64,000 nt of DNA from an uncultured Nitrososphaeraceae archaeon. GTDB taxonomy: Archaea > Thermoproteota > Nitrososphaeria > Nitrososphaerales > Nitrososphaeraceae. The position numbers were made by a program, and so were the translations under genes. This document shows positions 1 to 10,831 of this stretch, piece after piece. Numbering within the stretch: position 1 is the first letter of the stretch; every line of letters begins with the position of its first letter. The notes beneath the pieces are model-generated. The model did no database searches and had not been told where the DNA came from. It saw only the letters and a list, made by a program, of their open reading frames with translations. The DNA lies in assembly GCA_963825865.1 (NCBI GenBank), contig CAWGVG010000021.1, positions 128,001 to 192,000 on the forward strand. The letters run 5' to 3'.

Positions 1-10
1 GGATTCTGAG

Positions 11-1378
11 ATGGGTAACCTTATTTCTGACCTTCAAACTTTGATTAGGCAATCCAGCGTTTCTGCAAAAAAGCAAGGCCTTGTTGAATGTGCCAACCTT
101 ATTGCAGACATTATGCATAAGGCAGGAATTAGCTCTGAAGTATTGTATCTTGACGATCATAGAGGAAATGACGATATAAAAGATGTTCCTCCGCCAATAG
201 TTTACGGCGAAGTTAAATCTAAAGCAAATTCAAATGGAAAGACCATTTTATTTTACAACCATTATGACATACAGCCTGAAGATCCAGTAGAGTTGTGGAA
301 AGATGATCCATTTGGTGGTAAGGTTGAAGGTAATTATATTTTTGGACGCGGATCTGCAGATGATAAAGGCGAGTTAATAACTCGTATTAAAGCAGTGGAA
401 TGTTTTCTAAAAAAGGCTGGGGATGTACCCTGTAATGTGAAATTTATTATTGAAGGAGAAGAGGAAATTGGAAGTGTGCACGTTGAACGATACCTTACCA
501 AGTATAGGCAAAAACTTTCATGTGATGGAGTAATTTGGGAATTTGGTTATGTTGATGAAAAAGATAGACCAATTATCAGTCTTGGAATGAAAGGGCTGCT
601 TTATGTTGAATTGATAGCGAAGGGACTCGCCAGAGATGCCCATTCCAGCCTAGCGGTTTTAATTGAAAATCCAGCATGGCTACTTGTTAAAGCACTAAAT
701 ACTATGAGAGATGAAAATGGAAAAATTCTGATAAAGGATTGGTATAAAGAAGTAAGAGAATTTACTCCAGAAGAACTTGCTGTTCTTGCTAGTGAACCAT
801 TTGATGACCAAGAATTCAAAAAAGAGTACGGTATAGATAAGTTTGTTAATAATATAAAGGATATCGAAGAGGTCAAGAGAGCAATGGCAGGAGGGCCAAC
901 ATGCAATATTGCAGGTTTAGTATCAGGATATAATGGCAAAGGTGCAAAAACTGTTCTTCCATCTATTGCTCATGCCAAAATGGATTTTAGACTTGTCCCA
1001 AATATGGTTCCTGAAAAACAGTTTGAACGCCTTAAAAACCATTTAAAGGAAAATGGATTTGGTGATGACATAGAAGTAAAGTTCATCCATGGAGAAGCAG
1101 CTGCCAGAACATCAGTCAGTGATCCCTTTGTAAAAGGGGTTGAAGAATCTGCAAAGGAAATTTTTGGTACAGCAGTTATCAGCGTTTCATCAGCTGGCAC
1201 AGGACCAATGTATTCGTTTGTCAAAATTCTTGATGCACCATGTATTTCTATAGGTAGTACTTACGTGTATGCGAAGATTCATTCGCCAAATGAATTTGCA
1301 AGAATTGATCTGTTAAACAAAACGACTAAATGTATAGGCAATATTATAGAGAAATTTGCCAGTTCAACCATCACATGA
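11..1378 (+). CDS. M20/M25/M40 family metallopeptidase (ArgE/DapE-like)
   Basis: HYDIQP, GRGSADDKG, EGEEEIGS and C-terminal HSPNE motifs; true start may lie upstream of the window. Confidence 0.9.
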   Translation: MGNLISDLQTLIRQSSVSAKKQGLVECANLIADIMHKAGISSEVLYLDDHRGNDDIKDVPPPIVYGEVKSKANSNGKTILFYNHYDIQPEDPVELWKDDPFGGKVEGNYIFGRGSADDKGELITRIKAVECFLKKAGDVPCNVKFIIEGEEEIGSVHVERYLTKYRQKLSCDGVIWEFGYVDEKDRPIISLGMKGLLYVELIAKGLARDAHSSLAVLIENPAWLLVKALNTMRDENGKILIKDWYKEVREFTPEELAVLASEPFDDQEFKKEYGIDKFVNNIKDIEEVKRAMAGGPTCNIAGLVSGYNGKGAKTVLPSIAHAKMDFRLVPNMVPEKQFERLKNHLKENGFGDDIEVKFIHGEAAARTSVSDPFVKGVEESAKEIFGTAVISVSSAGTGPMYSFVKILDAPCISIGSTYVYAKIHSPNEFARIDLLNKTTKCIGNIIEKFASSTIT

Positions 1379-1675
1379 GAAGAATATGAAATAAGGGTAA
1401 TGTCATGGAAAGGTTTAGGCTATATTATGGAAAGTTTAAGGAATATTTTCTATTATCACTACACGAAGGTGTACGTATATTCCATGAATCACTCTACTTC
1501 ATTCACAGTCTTTTTAACCAATTGCAATAGAACCTATATTATAGTACTGCTATTCTTGTGTAATAATTTGATGATTTTGTAATATACTGCTATTCTATAT
1601 TCATATATGCGTCTCTATTTTTCTCTCCAATATTACAAGATTGTATGTAACTGTCCCATAACTGAACTTATTGAA

Positions 1676-2726
1676 TAGATCTATTGCGTAATTACGAAAG
1701 AAAATCTCTTCATGATGGTCAGTTTTGCTCTTTTTTTAGAGTGACATCCCACCATTAGTTCGTATTATTCTGAAATTTACCAATCCTGAAACAATGTCAG
1801 AAGCATGATCATATCTTCCAAGCCTGTTTCTAAATTTAGTACCCATTATTCCGAACTTTTTAATTCTGCTTACCGTGTGCTCGACTATTATCCTTAGTTT
1901 GGAATACTTTCTATTGTATCTCTTTTCTCCATCTGAGAGTTCACTTTTCCTTTTTTTTCTAAATGGCAGTACATACTTTACAGTGGGAAAGTCATTCTTA
2001 ACTCCCAAGTAGCCAAGGTCAAGGACATTTTCAACTTGCAGCGGAGTTATAGGATGTTTATTTTTGAAAATCTCATAATCATGTATTCTTCCCCGATCAT
2101 GACCTGTTTTGTGTAGTATGTACCCTCACTGTTTACCATATATTGTGTCTTGATAGTATGCTTCCTCTTTTTGCCAGAGTAGTAGCTCTTCCTTCTCCTT
2201 TTGTTCTTTGGCCTTGGTATCTCCTGTTCGGAAGAATCTATGAAAGCCTTGAAGCCTGGAAAGTACTCCTCAACTTCATCTATGGTTCTAAGCCTTCTTG
2301 TACGTTTATACAACTTCTTTGGCAGCGGGATACACTGCTTGATAAGTGGTTCTATAATGGATATATCTCTGCAGATATTACTCTGGTCAAGATCAAATAG
2401 AAATCCTGATAATGTAAAGGTAATGTACAGTCTGTAATAGACTAGTAGAAGCATCAAGAATCTTTCTTTGGCTTTCAGCTTGAATGGTCTACCAGCACCA
2501 ATATCTCTTTTTCTTTTCCTATTGGAAAGACGCTTTCTTTCATGCTCATCATATTTCGATTCTATTTCTTTAGCAATGACATCAAATTCTGATACAGCCA
2601 GTCCAGTAAACGATTTAAATAACAACGGCCTTCTTGATAGGCGAGCGTAAGACATCAACTGAGTATGTAATATGAACGGATCAATGGAGAATAAAGCTCT
2701 AAGCTTTCAATTACGCAAGAGGTCTA
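1676..2726 (-). mobile_element. IS5-family (ISL2-like, DDE_Tnp_4) insertion sequence
   Basis: Imperfect TIR TAGATCTATTGCGTAATT (1676-1693) vs reverse complement of 2709-2726 TAGACCTCTTGCGTAATT (16/18) enclosing a transposase. Confidence 0.8.
1736..2658 (-). pseudogene. IS5-family transposase, frameshifted (ORFs 2047-2658 and 1736-2008)
   Basis: FKSFTGL N-terminal HTH, FIDSSEQEIPRP, YSGKKRKHTIK, RIIVEH motifs. Confidence 0.85.
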
Positions 2727-2943
2727 TTGTCTAATTGTTATTTATTGAAGCAGAAATAAAATAAAGAAGAGTAGGTTGAAGAATAATTTTAGGAAGACTA
2801 AAGGTCTTGATGCAACTAAAGCAATCAAACAAAGACTAGAACCAGAGGTTGTAGTCCTTATCCCAAATGTAGGCTTATAGTTTACTTCTTCAAATCGAAT
2901 ATCTTTGTGAACAATATGTCGTATCCGATATATCTCTGCTTTA

Positions 2944-3364
2944 GAGCCTATCCCAAAATTATCCTCCAGTAGACAATAAAACAGCAAGCTAAAGAGACGA
3001 GTGCAAGATAGTTCTCTGATTTCTTTTCATATCTTACTAATAGTTTTCTGAACCTGTTATGCCATGAATTAGTTCTTTCTACAACCCACCTCCTTGCTGA
3101 ATAATATCTTAGCTTTATCAATTCTTCACCTCTGTGACGAATATGCGGCAAGTATCTTCTTTTGGTAGATTCTCTTTCTATTTCTGGATAATCATATCCT
3201 TTGTCCAGACATAGGTTCTGTTTCTTTAACGGTCTTTCAACTATCACATTATCCAGCGTATCTGTTTCAGCCTTCATGTCATGTGTATTTGCAGATGCAA
3301 TAATAACAGAATACTGGAATACCACGCTGGTCTGTTAATACATGGCGCTTAGTTCCTATCTTAC
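2944..3364 (-). mobile_element. Truncated copy of the IS5-family element at 19611-20484 (orfB part plus one TIR)
   Basis: Near-identical to 19611-20030; TIR GAGCCTATCCCAAAA at 2944; LDKGYD and RWVVERTNSW motifs. Confidence 0.9.
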
Positions 3365-3534
3365 TCACTTCTACAGGTTAAGCGAATACCAGGGAAGGTG
3401 GTAGTAGTGATAATAATAGTTGTCCAATTCTTGCCATTGGTTGCCAACTGGCTAGTAATACTTTCCTTAGCCTATCATAGCATATAATCTTTAGTCTTTT
3501 CTCTCTTTCTCTCTTTCTCTCTTTCTCTCTGTTA

Positions 3535-3867
3535 TCATTTATTATCATCACTAGATAAAATACCTTTATCGGCTCCATAAAGATGGTTAATAATGCCTGC
3601 TAGTTTAATATCATAATTACTAATTCCATTAACATCATGTGTTACTAGGTCAACCTTGACCTTGTTGTAAACGTTAAACCACTCTGGGTGGTGATTCATC
3701 TTTTCAGCTTCCATTGCTATTTTTGTCATAAAACCAAATGCCTCCACAAAGCTTTCGAATTCAAAGGTTCGATTTAATTTGCCGCTAACTACTTTCCATC
3801 CTTGGAGTTTGTTAACTTCACGTTCTATTTCTTGTTCTGATAACTTCCGATAATCATCCTCTGACAT
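3535..3867 (-). CDS. phhB: Pterin-4-alpha-carbinolamine dehydratase
   Basis: [17 protein letters not shown]...[17 protein letters not shown] signature. Confidence 0.92.
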   Translation of the reverse strand: MSEDDYRKLSEQEIEREVNKLQGWKVVSGKLNRTFEFESFVEAFGFMTKIAMEAEKMNHHPEWFNVYNKVKVDLVTHDVNGISNYDIKLAGIINHLYGADKGILSSDDNK

Positions 3868-3997
3868 ACTCCCTCTTTACTCCACTACCTAATACGCATG
3901 ACTCTACAATTATATTGTTTTCTTTTTAACGCTATATCCATATGCATATTTACAGTTACTATAGCGGGTCTATATTAAGAACCATGTAGACCATAGA

Positions 3998-5438
3998 ATG
4001 ACACTAAAAGAAATGACCAACAACAGCAGTAATAGTAGTAACAGTAACAGGCAGCAACAACAACAACAACGACGGCAGCAACATTAGGCAGCTTTAGCAG
4101 TAGTAGTAGTAATATTAGCAAAATTATAGCTTCATCTTCATCTTCATCATCTTTCTCTTCATTATCAGAAGAAAGCTATTACCGCAATTTTAAAAATTCC
4201 TGCAAAGCAGTAGCTACCTTTGAGAGTTATAACAACAAACTCAACAAATATATGAAATATAAAGGATATACAGAGTATTCTCAGTTAGTAGATCCAAACA
4301 AGGATGTCAGGATTATCGAATCTGACATTATAGATTTTATAGTTTATTTAAAAGAAAAACATTACCGATATGAGTCAAGATGTGCTTACCTAAACGCCAT
4401 ATGTCATTTTTATAATGTTAATGATGTTGTAGTTATTCGTAAAAAGAAGATCTCGAGATTTTTGGGCAGTGAAGATGATGATAATAATGACGTTGCTGCT
4501 ACGGCAACGGGAGGAGTAGGAGTAGAAGATCCGCCGCAACAGGAAGATAAACCATATACTACTGAGCAGATCTCCAAACTGCTAGAGGTATCAGACGAAC
4601 GTACCAAAGTAATGGTTCTACTAATGGCATCTGCTGGTTTAAGATTGGGTGCTTTACCAGGTTTAAAAGTAGGTCATTTAATCAAAATTCCTGAATACTC
4701 TAATTATCAAATAACAGCTTATGCCAATTCAAAAAAGTCAAGATATCAAACCTTTTGCACTAGTGAATGTGCAGTAGCAATTGATAACTATCTGGATTTT
4801 CGTAAAAGATGCGGAGAACATGTAACAGCTAAATCGCCATTGCTACGACGACAGTTCAATAGAGATGACGAGTTGCAAACTGCTAACATGGTATTGCCTA
4901 TAGGAATATCAGCAGTAAAGCGGTGTCTAAATAAAGTATTATATGAATCTGGTCTGCGGACCCATTTAATAGAAAAAAATGAAAACAAACTTAATCAACG
5001 CAGAGATATGTCGCAATGGCTCACGGCTTTCGCAAGTTTTTTGATACAACTTGTACGCTAAATGGAATGAATCCTATCTATGTCGAGATTTGTATGGGTC
5101 ATTCACTCAAAGGGGTAAAGGATTCATACTTTATACCACGTGCGGATAAGAATGGCATTTATCGTGATATCTTGGAAGGTAATGACAGAAACCTAGGCTA
5201 CTTATCAATTATGGATGCTCTTACAATAAACCAAGAGCATCGTCTAAAGACTGAGAATATAAAACTAAAAACCGAGACTTCAAAAGTTAACCAGTTACAA
5301 GGCCAGTTAGATAACATGAAAAACGAGATAAACGCATTAACTGGAAGTTTGTATAATATGTTATCCAAGACATCGAAAAAAGAGATTGAAGAGGAAGTTT
5401 CTCAACATATTGAACTTGATGAATCTAAATGGCGTTGA
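3998..5438 (+). CDS. Tyrosine recombinase/integrase, split by frameshifts (4252-5061 plus 5016-5438)
   Basis: SAGLRLGAL (Arg I), AHGFRKFF (HxxR), MGHS and DSYF (Tyr), C-terminal coiled coil; frame is open upstream of 4252 (YYRNFKNSCK). Confidence 0.85.
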
Positions 5439-5672
5439 TTGATAATGATATTGGCCATTTTGGCCGAATTGTGAAGGATAGATAGACTGATTTGGTATCA
5501 GTTACATTTTGTTAGTTAGTTAGTTAGTTAAATGAGTTTTGAGATGTTAAATTGATTCCTTTATTTGATAAAAAGTTCCTAAAGAATATGTCCACCTTTC
5601 TCACAGTAATATTTTACTGCTAAAAGAGACGAGAAGCTTATGAGTGAGCTTTAAGCTGTATGTATTGACTAT

Positions 5673-5886
5673 ATGTTGAGACAGGAAACTTTAAAGAAGG
5701 ACCACCAACTGCATCAGCAGGCAGCGGGTTCAGAATAATAACAGCACTGACATAACAGCTGTCCTTGTTACAAAACAGACTCGCGAAACATTACGGCAAA
5801 TCGGACGCAAAAATGAGACTTACGATCAAATTATAAACCGACTAATTAAAAAATCAAGCTCAATAATGAGGAGCAACGAGGTTTAG
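5673..5886 (+). CDS. Small RHH/CopG-like DNA-binding protein (one frameshift; not in ORF track)
   Basis: Translates TAVLVTKQTRETLRQIGRKNETYDQIINRLI, typical of small archaeal RHH proteins. Confidence 0.6.
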
Positions 5887-6070
5887 ACAAGTAAAATGCA
5901 ATTAAATGGTAAAGTTGGGTACTGGGCAGTTGTTGCCCACCAGTCCAGCACCCAATTGTTAGGTGTGAATCAGCAGTTTTTGTCAGCATGTACAACTCAA
6001 ACTACTCTTTCGACTTTGCAGACCCACCATCAACCACAGCAGTCACCTTCAGGAGCAGGTTCGCCGCTAG

Positions 6071-6361
6071 TTGACTAAAAGAAACGAAGATTCTACAAAA
6101 TTTAAAGCTAGCGAAATTAGAAGTCGTAGAAATAAAGATTTACACAGGAAAATTGATTTTTCAGAATTTAACGACAGGTTTGACTGTCTGCAGCGTGCTC
6201 AAGCAGGAACTCGGGAGCAAGTTAATTGTGTTGAAAACTTATGTTTGGAGCTAAAGGAGTTAATCTCTAACAAGTTATCAGCAATCGAACGAAGTAATAT
6301 ATTATTTAGTCAGATTATCGCTGAAAAGGATCTGAATTTGGATGGGGTGACGATTAATTGA
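6071..6361 (+). CDS. Hypothetical element protein
   Basis: ORF whose stop overlaps the next start; operon-like with the MCM. Confidence 0.5.
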   Translation: MTKRNEDSTKFKASEIRSRRNKDLHRKIDFSEFNDRFDCLQRAQAGTREQVNCVENLCLELKELISNKLSAIERSNILFSQIIAEKDLNLDGVTIN

Positions 6362-6768
6362 TGGCTCAACGAATAATATCGCAACCATCATCATCACCGC
6401 CACAACCAGATTTCTGTGAACTAAAGTTCTGGACTGAGACATGTCTGATTGAAGACATATTCCTTAGACTTGCAGGAACTAAAATAATTGTAAAAAAACA
6501 CGAGGACAACAAAGATGTAACTGTCTACAAATACTATAATCAAGCACTCAGACTAAGATATCGGATTCCTATATACAAACCGACGCCTGAATTCATTGTC
6601 AATAAGTCTGATCTAACACCGCGAATAATGTCCGAGTTAAAGTCACTAGATGCTAAAGACTCTGCAGTTATCTTAAAGCAAGCAGTAGGTTGGATATTCG
6701 CCAACATTGATTCTCGGCAATACAATCTAAGTGTTGCCAGAAAATTGAAAGTGAGGTTAGACGCTTAA
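6358..6768 (+). CDS. Hypothetical element protein upstream of MCM
   Basis: 136-aa ORF ending 4 bp before the MCM start. Confidence 0.6.
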   Translation: MMAQRIISQPSSSPPQPDFCELKFWTETCLIEDIFLRLAGTKIIVKKHEDNKDVTVYKYYNQALRLRYRIPIYKPTPEFIVNKSDLTPRIMSELKSLDAKDSAVILKQAVGWIFANIDSRQYNLSVARKLKVRLDA

Positions 6769-6772
6769 TAAC

Positions 6773-8158
6773 ATGTCTTCGTCACAATCAACTCCATCAA
6801 CAACTACTACAGCAACAGTAGAGGAGAAAGTCAAGAAAACTCATTACTCTGTATCTGAGGCCATAGAAGCAGGATCAGGTAAGAACGTCATTGTAACAGG
6901 AATGATTGCGAGTTATTCCACTCCATACAAAACGATATCTAGATCTGAATGGAAATGTGATAATCCTCTATGCAGTCTAGTTGGAAGTGAATCATACACT
7001 CCGCCATTATTAGTACCGCTAAATAGACTTGATAATACGAGAGGTTTTAGTATAAAGTGTTTCAAATGTGGAAGCACTGCATTTGACGCTTACCATATCT
7101 ATAACAACACCAGACCAATACAATTAGAAGATTCGGACAAGGCAAGTGATGAAGCATATAATAGCACCGACAGACTCGAAGTAGTGCTTTATGACGATGC
7201 GGCTTCTCGAGTAATTGCAGGTGAGATAGTTGATATTGTAGGAGATATAATCACTCAGCGCAAGTCTGACAGCGGTGCTAGTGCTAAGAACAATAGCAAG
7301 AAACTTGTTAATGTACTCCATAGCTCAGATATAAGATATCGTAACAAGGATAAAGTTGTCATAACGCAGAAAGATATTGATACATTCTACAGACATAAGA
7401 GGATCTGCGATGCAGTATATGCCAAAGAACTTGAAGCATCCAAGACCAATAAGCAAATTGTTCCTATGCGATATATCGATAGACTAGTTGCAATGTTTGC
7501 ACCAAACGTATTAGGATATGAGAACGTAAAACTTGGGTTGCTTAGATCCTTAGTCGGTGGTAGAAAGGATCACGGAGACGACAACGGAAGACGTGGAAGG
7601 ATAAACACCGTGTTAGTTGGCGATAAAGGCACAGCAAAATCCATGCTTGGTAAAGAATCTACAAAATTAATTCCAAACTCTAGGTATATCAGTGCACAGA
7701 ATACGAGCGGTAAAAGTTTAGTCGGTATTGTAGACAAAGAGAACGATGGTTACTATCTCAGGTTAGGACCTACAGTATTGGCTAGGAATGCAGTATGTGC
7801 AATCAATGAGTTTGGATTAATGCCGTTAGAAGACCAAGGACACTTAAACGATATTGCAGAGGAAGGTAAAACAACGCTAATCAAATATGCTATAACATTT
7901 GAACTCGACGCGCAGACAACTATCATAGCAATTGCCAACCAATTCAATACAGAATGGAACGATCCAAAGAGCATATCTAAAGACGAGATTCCTATGCTCA
8001 GGACTCTAATAGACAGGAGTGACCAGGTATACGCATTTAGAGACGAACGTACAGAGCAGGAACTTGAACAATATGCCAAACAAAAGACCAATCTAAGAAA
8101 ACGTAGACCGCATAATTACAGGGGGTTGTGGTTGTTTATTTCCTATTTTCAATGTTGA
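6773..8158 (+). CDS. MCM-family helicase (element-type), C-terminally truncated
   Basis: Zn finger (C-x4-C...CxxC), FAPNVLGYENVKLGLL, Walker A GDKGTAKS, Walker B AVCAINEF, IIAIAN, R-finger LIDRSD. Confidence 0.88.
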   Translation: MSSSQSTPSTTTTATVEEKVKKTHYSVSEAIEAGSGKNVIVTGMIASYSTPYKTISRSEWKCDNPLCSLVGSESYTPPLLVPLNRLDNTRGFSIKCFKCGSTAFDAYHIYNNTRPIQLEDSDKASDEAYNSTDRLEVVLYDDAASRVIAGEIVDIVGDIITQRKSDSGASAKNNSKKLVNVLHSSDIRYRNKDKVVITQKDIDTFYRHKRICDAVYAKELEASKTNKQIVPMRYIDRLVAMFAPNVLGYENVKLGLLRSLVGGRKDHGDDNGRRGRINTVLVGDKGTAKSMLGKESTKLIPNSRYISAQNTSGKSLVGIVDKENDGYYLRLGPTVLARNAVCAINEFGLMPLEDQGHLNDIAEEGKTTLIKYAITFELDAQTTIIAIANQFNTEWNDPKSISKDEIPMLRTLIDRSDQVYAFRDERTEQELEQYAKQKTNLRKRRPHNYRGLWLFISYFQC

Positions 8159-8293
8159 TAATTGTCTTTTCTTTGCTCGTTCAGATTCTATCTTTCTTTT
8201 CGAGTTCAAAACCTAGGTCTGCTTGACTTTCTGTTTTGTATTCTCACATATTCTAATTGATAATGGTGTAAGACGACATGCTAAAATTCATGG

Positions 8294-8601
8294 AAATGTG
8301 GGAACCACAATTTTCACTCCAAAACATGCAATAGTAAGAATCAAAACTTGCACCTGCTGTGTTTCTAAAAGCGGGGGTATCCCCGCTTTTGATTTCCGTG
8401 CAACAGTTTTTGATTTCCATCGTTCATATGAATGTCTTCGTATTTCTCTACCATCTATATCACCGAATAAGTCTTTAGTTCTGTATTTGCGGCCATTGGA
8501 CCGCAAATTGATTCTTGTTCTTGCTTCGTCCCAATAAGTGGCGCTACCGCCACTTTTGATTTACTACCAGGTTTACTCTTTGATTTCCATCGTTCATATG
8601 A
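8294..8601. repeat. Two tandem ~170-bp structured units (hairpin A, hairpin B, 23-bp identical tail)
   Basis: TTTGATTTCCATCGTTCATATGA at 8409-8431 and 8579-8601; stems at 8367-8390 and 8536-8555. Confidence 0.8.
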
Positions 8602-8778
8602 TAGATGGAGAGGAGGTAGACAATAATAATGAAAAACTAATACAGAATCTTGCTTTGTCAAATTCTGAAAATGACAAAGCCGAATTCTCTAACAATCCTC
8701 TATATTATGATATGAGGTTCTTTGTCAGTCAGTCAATCATTTATATTGGCAAACGTTGCTTGATTGCTTGATAGTTAA

Positions 8779-9198
8779 ATGTCAACAAATCAAAGTACAA
8801 GTTCAACAAATACAGGCAAACAAGTCCTAAGTGAAGAGACAAAGAAAAAGATATCAGAGATGAGATTAAGACTGGACCAGAAAGCAAGTAATAGGAACAC
8901 CAAGTTTATCAAGTTCAAAGATGGCGATCACCGATTACTGCAAATCATTCCAGATAAAACAACTGAAGAATTAGTTACATATGAAAGCCAGCCAGACAAG
9001 CCAGTTAACAGATTCAAGTTCTATGTGCATGATCTTGGTAGTTCGGAATCAGCTGGTGAGTTATTGGAGTGGACCTGCTCTGAAACAGTTGCTGCAGATA
9101 TTCTAAAGTGGATTGAAAAAGGTTACTGTGCAATGCACATAACTAGAAAAGGTTCGGACCTAAAGACCAAGTATGATATTGACCCACTGATAGACTAG
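8779..9198 (+). CDS. Putative phage-type single-stranded DNA-binding protein (copy 1)
   Basis: KFIKFKDG...ITRKGSDLKTKYDIDP resembles gp32-like SSB motifs; three copies in the window; function inferred. Confidence 0.5.
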   Translation: MSTNQSTSSTNTGKQVLSEETKKKISEMRLRLDQKASNRNTKFIKFKDGDHRLLQIIPDKTTEELVTYESQPDKPVNRFKFYVHDLGSSESAGELLEWTCSETVAADILKWIEKGYCAMHITRKGSDLKTKYDIDPLID

Positions 9199-9613
9199 CG
9201 TTGTGTCACCAATCATTTATTCTTTCTATTCAGTTGTCTCTCTTTTATCTACTGATGAGAATTACGTCAATGATATAGTTCTATTGCATTTCCAACCTTC
9301 TAACAGGCATCGTCTTTTGCTTGCCTTACTTCCAGGATATTGATGTTACTGATTATTGGTAACGTATAAAATTTTTTCCAGAAATGAAATCTAGGTGCGT
9401 TTTGTTTGTTTATGAATTTGTTCATGATGGCTCATGTCCAGAAAAGAATCTTTATAATGAATTATAACGTCAATTCCTAGATTACAAAGTATCCTTCATT
9501 TGATATACTCAATTGTTATACGAAACAAATCCGTAATAAATCATATCAGATAAATCAGCAGTAACTTACTCACTTCAAATATACAGGTGATATTGTAAGT
9601 TGTAATATAATAT

Positions 9614-10232
9614 ATGAACAACACAACAACGAGAACTCTAGCGTTAGTAGCTGTCTTTATGGCGAGCAACATTAGTAGTAGGAACATTTGCAACAACAAC
9701 CACAATAGCAACAACAGGACAATCAGCATATGCTTATTCACAAAAGAAGAAAGGAGGAGGAGAAGACAATGGAAAAGGTAATGGCAACGGCAACACAGTT
9801 ACCATAGAGGAATGCAAGAATAAGGGTTCTGCAAGCGGATTTGATACCGCAGTAGATCAAGAATGTGAAAACCTGATATGTACACATCCAGGTGAAAACG
9901 CAACTTGTGTACAAGAAGGAGCAACAGTAGCAGGAGCAGTGCAACAAGGTAGTCAAACAACGCCAGTAAAACTAACATGCGAACAATGTTTCACAAAGTT
10001 CCTTAGCAGTACACAATTATCCCAACTACTTCAAATATTAGATAGGGCATTCGGGGTTAATAGTTTGCCAGACTTATGTGCAGCACTATCCAGTGGCTCA
10101 AATCCTGAACTAGCTTATCTTTCTTCAAGTATTTCTAGTAAGATTGCTTGGGGAAACAGGAGCGGCTCCGCTAATTCAATGTCTAATAGATGCTGGAATA
10201 GTGCTTCCTACAAGACCAACGTAGGATATTAA
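9614..10232 (+). pseudogene. Secreted/low-complexity protein with signal peptide, frameshifted
   Basis: MNNTTTRTLALVAVFMA signal-like start; Cys-containing segment TCEQCFTKFL. Confidence 0.45.
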
Positions 10233-10831
10233 CCACATACATCAGCAAAAAACAACAATAACCCTCCCTATTTTTTATTACAACTATTTCATTCTGCTGC
10301 GATTCTCCACCACCAAATAACTGTAATGGTGTAGAATATGATCAAGTTGCAGAAGTAGAAGGACTTGAACACATAAATCTAAAATTATCTAGGGCAGCAA
10401 GCTTGATCTGTACTTTTACAAATAAAGAACAAGCGCCATAATCTACCAACCAATCTCCTTGCATAGAATCGGTTCTTATATTTATATATGTATGGAGCAC
10501 CGGCTGTTACCATTACTTTATTCTCCCAATAACTAAACTCTTTAAGGTAGTTAGTATTAGAAAACCGTGAAGTAAAGACGTATGTTTTATCCAGACTCCC
10601 CGGAATATAAGCACAATAAAAATAAAACAATCACAACAATCCATGCAAATGAAATCTATATGTAGCTATTGAAGGTTTTCTTCCTTTTTTCTAAAAAGTT
10701 ACTTTATTAGGTACTATACGGTAATTGTATTGTTCTCCATTGACCTTTGGTCAGACATATTTGTCAACTACCTTTAAGATGGCTTTCTATTGCTCTTCTG
10801 AATCGGCTTCGTTCCTGGAGATAAATTATTA

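Noticed and set aside
601-1224. Antisense ORFs inside the peptidase and other housekeeping genes
   Set aside because: Shadow ORFs opposite well-supported genes
8288-8661. Minus-strand ORFs with repeated SYERWKSK
   Set aside because: Better explained as shadows of the hairpin repeat; no recognisable domain
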